Of a stretch of 64,000 nt of DNA, positions 12,678 to 24,379 are shown in pieces. The DNA is taken from assembly GCA_028534125.1 (NCBI GenBank), contig CM052816.1, forward strand, positions 4,280,001 through 4,344,000, read 5' to 3'. The position numbers and the translations under genes are program-made. Within the stretch, counting starts at the first letter, position 1; every line of letters begins with the position of its first letter. Below the pieces are notes generated by a model. The model searched no databases and was not told the DNA's origin. It was given only the letters and a program-made list of their open reading frames with translations. Origin of the DNA: Lama glama. Lineage: Eukaryota.

Positions 12678-13778
12678 TGCTACAACCTGGGTTGAATTGG
12701 GTCCCCCCCAAAAGAAGAGAGCGGGTTGAAGTCCTCTACCCCAGTACTTCAACATGTGACCTTATTTGGGGAAAGTGCTGCCGATGTAATTAGTCAAGAT
12801 TACGCCTGAGGAGTAGGATGAGTCCCTAATCAACATGACTAGTACCCACATAAGCAGAGGCCCACAGCAAAAGCTGCAATAGGTGGAGAAAATGCATAAA
12901 ACGCATAAAATGCAACACCTATTCATACAAATATCCTCCCAATAAAGTGATACAGAGAGGAAACTTAAAAATCTGAATAAAATTTATTTAGTAAATATCA
13001 GCGGGTATCAGTGTCCTTAATGGCCCAAATTGAGAAACACCTATATTAAAGATAAGTACAGTATGAATCCTTCCTATTATTTATCATTTTACTGGAGATC
13101 CTAGCCAGTGAAACCAAGAAAGAATAAGAGAAATAAAAGTTTAATGATTGGAAAGGAAAATGAAAAATTATTTTGGACAGATATTGCTACAAAGGGACTC
13201 CAAAAAAAAATCAATGATAAATATAGAATCAGTGTGAGCTCATCAAGATGGCTAGATATAAGCTCAACCTACAAAAGGAACAACATTAAGAAAGTGTAAT
13301 AAAGGGAAGTGGTTTTAGTACTCCACTGGTTTGGGGGTACTAATGGGACTAGACCAAACAGTGCCAACATAGAACCTTCCTTGATTGTTTTTGTTGTTGT
13401 TGTTATGTGGGGGGATTTGGAAAAGGGCCAAAAGTTTACTCTTAATGGACACAACTAAGAATTTAAATTAATTTATTTTTAAATAAAAAAAAAAGAGGGC
13501 CATGTGAAGACAGGGACACAAAGAGAATGCCACGTGAAGATAGAAGACTGGAGTGGTGCATTTACAAGCCAAGGAACACCAGAGATCATTGGCAAACCAC
13601 CAGTAGGAGAAAGTGTCAAGTAAGGCTCCTCCCCTAGAGCCTTCAGAGGGAACACAGCTCTGCCAACACCTTGATTTTGGACTTGTAGTCTTCAGAACTG
13701 TGAGACAATAAATTTCCATTGTCTTAAAGCACTCAATTTGTGATATGTTGTGATGACAGCCTTAGGAAACCCAACAGA
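12678..13778 (+). mobile_element. MLT1 (MaLR, MLT1B/C-like) LTR split by an insert of about 630 bp
   Basis: 5' half gggttgaattgggtccccccaaaa...atgtgaccttatttgg (12678-12864). 3' half ccatgtgaagac...ctagagccttcagagggaacacagctctgccaacaccttgattttggact...gacaataaatttcc (13494-13778). Confidence 0.85.
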
Positions 13779-14382
13779 CCAGGCTTCCTGCCTAAGAATC
13801 TTTCCATTACAAAGCCAGCTTCTCTGATGCTCTATGTGAACGTGCTGTGTAATTTGTAAAATTTTGAAAAATTATGCTATTATTATTTATAGTGTTGTTC
13901 AATTCGCTTCAAGAGTACAAATTTTGTTTCCTGTAATTGGTTTCAAGCTTCTCAAGAGTAAGGAGCCCACAACATTCAACATAACCCTTTAATGAAGTAG
14001 TAGAAAATACAGCATCCGCCCAGGTTCTTTAGACTGAAACCGTATACAAATAAAGCTCCATTAAAAAATGTCAAAGTCACCAAAGACCTTCTGGAAATCG
14101 ACAAGCTGACTGTTAACAGGACTGAGTTGCCGCACGGCACTTTATTTAGGTTAGTCCTGTGACTCTACACTTTGGTAGATTAAATGTTAGTGAAATAGAT
14201 AAATACACACAACATAAGAAACACATTGTGATACATTAGCTGAAAATATCTCAATTCGTGTTCTACCACTCCACAGAAATGTAAAAGTTAAAATTTTTAT
14301 TCCATTAATGTAGAACTCTCATAGGTTCAAAATCAACCATATGTCATCTTCTCCATCAAAGTCAATTTTGGGCAAGATAACC

Positions 14383-14780
14383 AGCAGAGTTGGATTCTCC
14401 CAGAAGGTGACCCTGTGATAAAGTTTCCAGTGCAAGTAGTTGACTTGGGAAGTAAAATGCTGGTGGGAGAAGGGCGGTGAAAGAGGAAAGGAAAGGAGCC
14501 TAATAAAGGACACTTTATTAAGCAAACACACTACCATCACGGGTTTAAGGCTCCTGGGAAACTCTGGGATTCAGTGTAGCAGCCTCAGAGCTCTCTCGCC
14601 TTACAGTTGAGGGACCGAGGGTATGTATACAACCACTCCCTTCAGTCATTAGTTTAGAGTTGCTGAAGGAGCAGTGGGTGTGAATTCTCTGAAACTTGCT
14701 TGCCTTGAACGTGCACAGTAGGGCTGTCTCAGAAGAGGTCAGGGGGAAACCCTCTGGCAGAGCTGTGCATGCTGTCAGTT
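14383..14780 (-). mobile_element. ERVL-class LTR (LTR16-like)
   Basis: gttggattctcccagaaggtgaccctg...tgcaagtagttgacttgggaag...aataaaggacactttattaagc matches the antisense of an old ERVL LTR. Confidence 0.65.
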
Positions 14781-14899
14781 AAAGGTGGTCTAGAATGTAC
14801 AAGAATGAGGGGAAGAACAACAAGTGACAGGTGGAACAGAACAGAAATTGACAGCAGAATCTTTCAGAGTTAGAAGCCCTTGGTGCAACTCCTAGCATC

Positions 14900-15092
14900 T
14901 TCTGTGAACAACAGTCGACTTTGGGTAAGTGACTCAACTTTTCTGAAGCTTCTTTATTCTCTCTAAATAAAAGAGTGACAATGATAATACCTGCCTCAGG
15001 GTACTTACAAGTATTAAGTGACTGAAGACAAGTGAAGCTTTGCTGCATTGCCTGGCATGATCAGTGTGTGGTGAACATCAGCCATCATTATA
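14900..15092 (+). mobile_element. MIR SINE
   Basis: gactttgggtaagtgactcaacttttctgaagcttc...ataatacctgcctcaggg...tgcctggcat. Confidence 0.8.
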
Positions 15093-15649
15093 GTAATTAA
15101 TCTTACTGCTATATTGAAAATCATGACATTTTGAGACACATGATACTCATATTAGGAAATAATTAGGGGATGTCAATATGGGCAGATCTTCACTAGTGCA
15201 CCTTTATTCTGGGTCCCAGCTCAAATATTACTAAATGTGCCACATAAACATTTTTAGCATTCATATAGAAACAATTTATTGTTTTGTTCTTTTTTCCTTA
15301 AAGCAGGAGAAGGAAGGATTTATTATTACTTGCAGCAAGTAAGGGGAACACCAGGAATCCTTCCCAAAACAATGTCTTGTTTCACTCTTAATAGCTCATT
15401 CTGACCTAAAAGTTGAATCAGCATAATCAACTCGTCATCAAACCGGCTTAAATAAAGGCGGGAAGTTAAGCTAAGCTATTAGGCAAACTATCAGTAGAGA
15501 TGAAAACTTATTTTTACACCCAAGAGAAAGAAACTTCTTAGGGGAAAACTATATGAAACATGACAATCTATGTCACAGCAACACACCAAAGGGTAACAAA
15601 AATGAAATGAAATAATAAAATAAAATCTAGATAAGATTATAAATTCGAG

Positions 15650-15862
15650 CTGTGGTTCTCAACCCAGGGTGATTCTCCCCTACCTCCCCAGGGCACATCT
15701 GGCAACATTCGGAGATATTTCGATTGTCACGACTGGGGTGGGGTAGGGAAAGCACATGCTACTGGCATCTAGTAAGTAAAGACCAGAGATGCTTCTAAAA
15801 ACCCTGCAATGCACAGAACAGCCTCCCACAACTGAGGCTGTGCCTAAATTGAGGGACCCTGA
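15650..15862 (+). mobile_element. MER20 hAT MITE
   Basis: tggttctcaacccagggtgattc...ccagggcacatctggcaac...tgctactggcatctagt...ccagagatgct...ccctgcaatgcacagaacagcc. Confidence 0.9.
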
Positions 15863-15940
15863 TTTAGTGAATACGTTATGATGCCTGAAACCACTGGAGC
15901 TTCCAAACAATAAAAACTCCTTCTCCTGGGCGAGTGTTTT

Positions 15941-16016
15941 ATTTTGTTTTGTTTTGTTTCAATCGAAGTATAGTCAGATAGTCAGTTATAGTGTGTCTGA
16001 TTCTGGTGTACAGCAC
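15941..16016 (-). mobile_element. Extremely truncated L1 3' stub (about 76 bp)
   Basis: T-rich tail, then aatcgaagtatagtcag...tctggtgtacagcac. 8-bp TSD agtgtttt at 15933-15940 and 16017-16024. Confidence 0.8.
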
Positions 16017-19000
16017 AGTGTTTTTTAATCATAAAATATAATGTATTTTTTTAAATGTTGAAAAAAAAATCTTCCTATGACAAGGAACAGACATCAAGAA
16101 GTCTTTGAGTGCTACTATAAATTCGCTGTGTTTCAACCTGCCAGATGAAAGCAATTTCAGCAAGTCATCAACAAAGCCAGGTAATTAAACTGTTGACAGA
16201 GACATGGCCTTGGTTAATTGGCCCTGACATGTCACTGCTGAAATGATGACAGAGAGGAAACTCAGGGATTCTAAGGTCAGAGGCACATGGGGCTAAAATT
16301 TTCATTTTCAAATTATTTTAAGCGAAATGCATGTTCATTACAACAACATATATTGCCTTTTTGTTTTTCATTAGTAAACCCTCTGGGAACTTTGACACAA
16401 GTACACGTTAAACCTGATTACTTGGTTTACAGAACACAGAGAACATTATCAAAGAGCTAATGACACTGTCTATTCACTGAGAACTCTGAGCAACCTGCCA
16501 ACTTTTAATCAAGCTTTAAAGGCACAAGAACAAAACGAAAATTGAGAATGAACATTTTTACTCCTAACTACTGGAAAGTAAAGAGGCATGTCGACCATAG
16601 CTCAAATAACATCAGAACTGAGATGAGAACATGTAAGCAGGGAAGCAAAGATATTTCCAGCCAGGCAATTTTTTTTCCTCTAACAGACAAATTCTACAAT
16701 ACTCAACAAGAAACTGTGCTCCAAATCCATTTTTGCTACTAAAATTGCTTTGTTCCAGAACAGTTGTAGCAAGACACAAGACGAAAGGGCTCAAAACACA
16801 TTTTCTTCTCTAAACAAACTAAGTAAGATGAGACCCAAGCATCAAACCACTGAGTTGTCGATTTCTTAACTACTTATTAACACATGCCGCTAATAAACTC
16901 TGAAATAACCGGACTAGTATTGTTTTCAATTGGAATCCTTCCAGTCTTAACACTTGGACATTTAGCAGAACCAGATCCAGGATAAAAATCAACTAACTTA
17001 AGTCAGAGAAGAATTATTAGGAGCATCTGTCAATTCATGCAAAACGTAAGTAACAGTGAGAAGAAAACTGTCATTCTGAAATCAAGGTTCAGACCGTACG
17101 AGGTGGCACCTTCCCTCTGTTACCTGGACAACTCTGCACGCAAACACTTAAAAATGCAGTGGTGTGATCTAATGTCTGTGATGTAAGACACCAGCAGACC
17201 AAGGCCAGAAAGAAGTGTGTGGCAAGTGTATGCACCCACCACAGTAAAGGGATGGATTGTAATTTTTCTAAATTCCTTTCACCTTCACTTTTCTTTTTCC
17301 CTAAAGTCAATCTTCATTCATTTGACCAGGAGAGCTTTCGATGAACTATATTTTAACTTTTCTGCTACTGGAAAAATTCATATACCAATCTGTTCCATCC
17401 TCCTTCCTCTGTGACATTAGTACTTAATTGGGGAGGGAAAAATTCTTCTTTAAGATAATCTTACTTACAATAGAGAAGTCATGATACACGTTCCGCTAAT
17501 ACCTTCAAGAAGCTCCCATCACAAATGTCTGTACCAAAAACATGAAGAGTGTGAGTTCACGAGTTTTCAACTTGTTGAAAAGACCTTATCTACACTGAAC
17601 AAAAACATTAAATTACGACTAATAAGGTAATATCACCACAGCTTCAAATCTGTGAACAATTCCCAAAGGACTTAAACCTTCACCATTCATTCAATGATCT
17701 GAATGCCAAGTTATAGCACATTTGGGGGGAAAAATTACAAGGAAAAAGCAGCTAGAGAAATGATAGGATTTTTTATTTTAGGTGGAAGAAGACATAGTTC
17801 TCCAAACATCAAACTATCAAAATATTTCTTGATTCAAATTTGAAGAGTACAGATGGAGCATGACCAACACCTATTCTGCAGCAATTCGTGTGATGCTATG
17901 GGACAGGGACCCTTTTGTTTCATCCTCTGAGCTTCCATCCTGTTCCAGGCTCCAGGCTCCAGGCTCTGGACTAGCAGCTGAGGTCACCCACATGAAAAAT
18001 GGTAACTCGTCTGGAGTTCCCAAGGGGCTCAGTAAATTGGAAGCAGACACTGGAAGATCAATGAGAACAAATGAGTGTGGTCACTACACATGATGGGCAC
18101 ATGTACAGGATGCTACGGGAGCAGAGCTGACAGAACTAGAATTCAAACCCTAGAAGTCTGCCTCTAGACATCATCCCAGCTCAACACTATATGACACTGT
18201 TTCCCACTCCCAGATACACACAGAGGGAAAAGTGACTCTCCTAAGCAAAATGAAGATGGTACAGAAAGAATGGGGAATGGATTCCAGGCAGGCAAAATCA
18301 GCAGATGTCCGTGAGGCCAGAATGATTTATTCATGTGGAAAATGTTGGGAAGAGCTTTCCAAGCAAAGGGACAGGGCACTGGGGCCATTATTCATCAATG
18401 TGCAGGCAGGCTGCCAGCACCAGAACCCCAAAACTATCAGAAGTTAACATCAACATTAGCACTGGTCATTAACATTGTATTCCTCCACTGGGTGATGTGT
18501 CTGGACACATGAAAGGCCAAGAGCATTGGCGGGACCTTCCAATGATACACTGCTCAAAGCAGCCAGGAAAGAAACCCACCAAGATGTCAGCTCACAATGG
18601 AAACTTCCTTTGCTTTCACCCCACAACAAATCCCCTTCTTTTTCATCCAAGAACACAATGAACTCCCCAGGTACTCTTGTGTTCATACAGAAAGCTGACG
18701 ATACAGTCTTTTCACAAGCTCAGATCATTCAACTGATGCGCATCTTAAAAATATTACAGATCCATCCCAAAGAACAGACTGTGTGTGTTGCCATATTCAT
18801 GTCAGATTTGTAAGTCAAAGCCTTAAGTTGATATGTGTGACTAAGACAGGTAAAAGACAGGGCGCAAAATGAATTTCTCAGAAAAGGAAAGATACCAGCC
18901 ATTTGGAATTGTATTTGTAAAGCTCTGAATTAATTGGCACTCTAAAAATAGAAGAAATCGGATAGAACAGATATCTTTGGACAATAATAAAAGTCACAGC

Positions 19001-20483
19001 GCATTTATTAACATAATAGCAAGGCCTCCCTTCCCCACTGATGTCCTGTGATTTTCTCAGAATCTGCTTCCAAGCACAATGAAAAATACAGAACATTTCC
19101 AGTTTTACTTTTGTGTCTTCCATCAGACTGAGACTCCCTTGAAGGCAGGAGTTGTGTCTCCGGCATCTTTGTATCCCCTAGAATGTGCCAGACATGGGTC
19201 CATCCATGAAAAAAGAAGGAGACCAATGTCAAGGGCAAAGTCAAGGAGAACAGCAAGGGCGAGATGCACCCAGCGAGTGCACGGCTGCATCGCCATGCCA
19301 CCTACTACAGTTTCTACATAAAATCACTCCCCAAACATTAGTGGAGCTGCTCCCCAGTGGACAGTGAACTCTGTAACTGATCGGCCGTACAGTCTCCTGT
19401 AATATTTCTTAGTTGGCCCATAATGTCACTTTTGATGATTTTTTCAATTCACCATCCTTTCATCAGCCAAAGCAGAACCAGCCTACTCTCATCCTCTTAT
19501 TTTGGCACAGACTTCTGTATGAGTAAATTCTTCTTCTTTTTTTTTTCCTTGAGGTCATTGCAAAAAAATGTTCCCTTGTTTCTACTTCCCTGCAAGACTC
19601 TTATCCGTCCCTGAGCCTTTTTTTGAGTCTAGGCAGGTTTCAGCAATATCACCAGCCTAGTAAGGGCTCTTGGATAAAAGAGCTGTCTGCCTAAGCTCCT
19701 CCATTTATCAGAGCCTTCAGACATGAAAGAGTAAACCAATTCCTAGTCAGCAAAGCTGCATTACAGAAAAAAGCAAATAAAACCATCAAATGGATTACAT
19801 ACAAGCCTTGAATCCAAAATTAAAGAATATGGGGAAACAAGGTATTTAATCAATTAGGATGAGCACAATGTTCTCTTCACAGCCAGAAAACCAAGCAAAC
19901 AAACAGCAAACAACAAACAAGCATTCAGTTCCTGATATTTATATAACGAATGATATGGTCCTTCATTCTAATGTCCCAGCTTAAAGTCTAGGGCTTAATT
20001 CTTCAAATGTACTGAATCGGAATCATTCATTTTTTTTTAACTGTGTCAACTCATTCAAGGTCATTTTCTCCCCTTTAATCAGAAATTTGCTTTGTGCCTT
20101 TACTAACATTTGTACTTCTACCAATGATGATATTCAGAAGGGGAAGGTGACAGTTGGGGCATCTATTAATATATCTGCACTAGTCAGTGCTGGCTGACGT
20201 AACAAAATGATATAAACGGAACCCAGTTCCATTGTAACACGAAGACAATATACCTGATGTCTTTTTGACATAACATACTCTACAACTCATACTATGTAAT
20301 CTAAGTTGCTATTCAAGTACGAATTGCACAGCTGATGCCATTACATTCTCCTAATTAATTCTGGAAACTCACATGAGAAAGCAAAGTTTTAAGTAAGCTG
20401 TTACCTGCAAAGAGACCACTGGTGTGTATCAAGAAAACATGTTTTTGCAATTCTCTATCTGGGCTGTACCTAAATAGGTTAAA

Positions 20484-20592
20484 TGACAGACAGACAGACA
20501 GATAGACAGATGGACAGACAGACAAATGACAGATAGATAGATGGAAAGACATGTAAGTAGACAGATATGAGAGAGACAGATACAGAGAGAGA
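20484..20592. repeat. Compound (GACA)n/(GATA)n/(GA)n microsatellite
   Basis: Direct read. Confidence 0.9.
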
Positions 20593-20730
20593 ATCTTACA
20601 TTAAAGCATCTCACTGCATAAAATGTTTCCTAGATATAAACTGAGCACTTTCAGTGGTAAAAATTAGCATTTTCAGGTCAGTACTATCTTAGTCAATGGA
20701 CTTAAATGGTTACGTCCTGATGGTGGATGT

Positions 20731-20802
20731 AGGGGAGGGGAGAGGAAGGGAGGAAGGGAGGAAGGGAGGAAGGGAGGAAGGGAGGAAGGGAGGAAGGAAA
20801 AA
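20731..20802. repeat. Polypurine (GGGAGGAA)6 repeat
   Basis: Six 8-bp units at 20748-20795 inside a pure purine tract. Confidence 0.95.
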
Positions 20803-21566
20803 CATTAACTTCTAAAAATCCCTAAGTTACTCCCCAGAAGCAGCTATCACCATGGGAGAATCTGGTTTCTATTAAAACATCAACTGAATTAAGTGCACAA
20901 AACTTGAGGACATGATCCAGTGACCATTTTTAAAACACTGGTTAATCAGGTCTTTTTCACACTTTATGAAAAATGTGATACTCAGATTTTTAATGGGGAC
21001 TACTCACTACTTGCAGAAATACATTTGCCTTTAGGAATTTAATAGGGGAGATTTGATGACCTGAACTGAAAAATGAACTGGCTCATGATCAAAGATACTA
21101 AAAATGGTGCTATGTCAGCCATGCATTAATTAATTCATCCACACACTGATTCACCAATTGATCAGTTATTTTTATCGGTTATGTTCTATGTGCCAGACCT
21201 ACATAAATAAAGAGGTATGGCCTTCTTCCTTATTTCTTTCCTCTGCTTCTTGCTTTGAGCAAGCCTACACTAAGTATATTCTACCACAAAACACTACAGT
21301 AAGTGTTCTATTGGATACATCCCTTACTTCCACTGATTTCTCAAATAGCTGGGGGACAGCCATAGTTTTAAACAGCTTTCGTATTAGAGAAGATAAGCAA
21401 GCATTAGAGAGAGGAGCTATTAAAGCAAAGATCGGTAACACAGTGGAGGGAGAGATTTACGCATCGCAAAATGGAATATTTAACTTGACAAGAAAAAAGA
21501 TGAGAGAGCTTTCAGCAGCTAAGAACACTCCATGCAGGGTGGACTCTTGCAAGCACTGGGAAGTGC

Positions 21567-22066
21567 NNNNNNNNNNNNNNNNNNNNNNNNNNNNNNNNNN
21601 NNNNNNNNNNNNNNNNNNNNNNNNNNNNNNNNNNNNNNNNNNNNNNNNNNNNNNNNNNNNNNNNNNNNNNNNNNNNNNNNNNNNNNNNNNNNNNNNNNNN
21701 NNNNNNNNNNNNNNNNNNNNNNNNNNNNNNNNNNNNNNNNNNNNNNNNNNNNNNNNNNNNNNNNNNNNNNNNNNNNNNNNNNNNNNNNNNNNNNNNNNNN
21801 NNNNNNNNNNNNNNNNNNNNNNNNNNNNNNNNNNNNNNNNNNNNNNNNNNNNNNNNNNNNNNNNNNNNNNNNNNNNNNNNNNNNNNNNNNNNNNNNNNNN
21901 NNNNNNNNNNNNNNNNNNNNNNNNNNNNNNNNNNNNNNNNNNNNNNNNNNNNNNNNNNNNNNNNNNNNNNNNNNNNNNNNNNNNNNNNNNNNNNNNNNNN
22001 NNNNNNNNNNNNNNNNNNNNNNNNNNNNNNNNNNNNNNNNNNNNNNNNNNNNNNNNNNNNNNNNNN
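21567..22066. other. Assembly gap (500 N)
   Basis: Run of exactly 500 N. Confidence 1.
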
Positions 22067-22439
22067 AAACTCATTTCAAGTTAGCCTGAGCCAACCTATG
22101 TGTATGGGAGGGGGATAAGGGCACAACATTTAACAGAAGGCCATGGAGTGTCCGGCGGAACTAAGTCAAGGGAAGAAGTGTCTCGGGCGCTTTGTGAGAT
22201 GCTGGGACCAAAAACGAGGAAGCCGCCCAGACTGAAGTGTGCAGGCCCAGGCCTGGGGCTACATCCGGTCCTAGCTGTGGCACCTCAACTCAGTGTCCAC
22301 CCTGTTAACTCCCAGGGCTGCATTTACAGAAAAGAAAACCAGGCTGTGTTGTTTTGAGTCAGAAGTCACCAGTCCTATGCCATTTTGCTCTCACTGTTGG
22401 CAGAAGGAGAGCATCTGATAGTAACTAACTCGTATCACT

Positions 22440-22824
22440 TCTCTTAGTCAGCCTGGGCTGCCAGAGCAGAATATGATAGCCTGGGTGGCTTAAAACCACA
22501 GACACTGATTTCTCTCAGTTCTGGAGACTGGAAGTCTGAGGTCAGGGTCAGCACGGTCCCGTTCTGGGGGGAACTTTCTCCCTGACTTGTGGGCCGTCAG
22601 CCTCACTGTGTGCTCACGGGGCCTCTCCTCAGAGCAGCATGAGGGGAGACAGAGATCTCTCTTCCTCTTCTTAGAAAGCCACTAATCCCGGCGTGAGAGC
22701 CTCACTTTCATGATTCAATCTAACCCTAATTACATCCATAAGATCTATTTCCAAATACCACGACACTGGGGGTCAGGGCGTTAACATACAACTCGGGGGA
22801 GATGGGAACACCCAATTCGTAACA
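22440..22824 (-). mobile_element. MLT1A-like MaLR LTR
   Basis: tcttagtcagcctgggctgcc...gggtggcttaaa...cagttctggagactggaagtctgagg...ccctaattac...ccaaatacc...taaca. Confidence 0.9.
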
Positions 22825-23794
22825 CTGACACATGTACACACCGAGACTTCAACTATACACACTTAAGACAGAGAGAGGGAAAGAGAAATAATTTTTACAA
22901 TGAGGGCAGTTCTCCCTGATGGACTCAGTGAACATATCCCCAGAGTCTACACCATTTGGAAGACATGAATCTGTTGTTACCTCAATATGAGCTTCTTGCT
23001 ATGTGAGCATTATTGTAGTATGCAAAGATAGGAATTCTTCCTAAAGCACACTGCTTAGAACAAAGCAAAGTATTTTATCTGGTGCTCAAAGACATAGCCA
23101 CCTGGTTCAAAACTGAAGGAAACATCGGCTATACTCAACTCCTGGAGAGGCAATTCATTATTTTTCAAATGGAAATTTCCTGTGTGTTGTTCAAGGTCAG
23201 TTTTGAGTATATGCATTTTTACCTTATGCCTAGACTTCCTAACGTGATCCTCACGTAATATACCATTTCTTTGTACAAACTTCTCTCTTCAACCAGATCC
23301 ATTTTTGAGGATGGAAACTGGTCATTTGAGAAATAGAACAAGGCTTGAGAGACACAGCTTTCAAGGTGACTACAAATACATGAACCCAGGGAAACTGGAA
23401 CCTCTTCAATGGAGTTTGTAAACTTGGAGTCAGTTTAGGGGAAAGATTCGTACAACAGCTCATCAGACATCGTTACAATCACGTGTTAGTGGAGGAAGAA
23501 GATAAATTATTCCCTGGTATTCATAATTAATTATTTTTACAGAAGTACAAGCAAATATTTTAGAGATTTCTGTTTTGTTTTGTTTCACTTTCATAGTTAC
23601 CAAAAAACTGAACTAATGACAAATACAATTGGATACTTTTACCCGTTAATTAATTTGGAAGAGTCTTTGTGATGCTGCTCTAATTTTATTAACATTCGAT
23701 GTGTCAGTTTTCATGATTATATAATTGCTCATCTGAACTGATACCACCCACCACCAGCAGACACTAACGAGCATCCTTGAAAACAGGTAACTTT

Positions 23795-24365
23795 GCTTTA
23801 GTCAGTTATCTTTTGGTTATTAAAAAAAATCTCAAATAGTTTAAGCAAAATTAAGGAATTTTCTGGTCTGTCTGATAAAGTTGTCCAAATGGGAGGCATC
23901 ATTAGACCCAGAAGTTCAAATACTGTCTTCATGCATCTTTCTCTCTTTCTTCTCCTTTTTTTCTTCTTTCCTGTACTGTGACTTCATTTTCAAGCAGACT
24001 TTTTCAAAGGGACAATGACATTTCTCCCAGCAACCCAGTCTCATGGAGGCCTTCCTCTCAACATCTGTTTCACTCACACCCAAGGGATTCCTGTTGGTGT
24101 CAGTGGCCCGTGCCCTACTCCCCTGCCAGGAGAATAACTGTGTCTAGAAGGACATGCTATCTGACTAGGCAGGCCTGGGTGAAGGAGGCACACAGGAATC
24201 ATGAAAACCTCTGGGGTTTCTTTCTTCTCCTCACCCCTACCTTTAGGGAAGAAAGGTTAGCCACATACCCCCAAAACCATATGGACTGAACATGATTATG
24301 ATAAAATGATAAAGGGATAGTTCTCCCACAGGACTTAGAAAATGAAAACAATCTGCATTTGCTAT
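23795..24365 (-). mobile_element. Old MLT1 (J/K/L-like) LTR, diverged
   Basis: ttagtcagttatcttttggtt...aaatagtttaagcaaaattaaggaatt; later ccatatggactga...agttctcccacagg. Confidence 0.45.
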
Positions 24366-24379
24366 AAGCTTAAAACATA

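Noticed and set aside
17468..17594. Minus-strand segment with a good acceptor and donor
   Set aside because: Stops in all three frames.
18691..18809. Plus-strand 119-nt exon candidate (acag|AAAGCT...GATTT|gtaagt)
   Set aside because: Unrecognised peptide, no partner exons, and such matches are expected by chance in 64 kb.
21158..22089. ORFs of 308, 205 and 185 aa
   Set aside because: Their length comes from reading through the 500-N gap.
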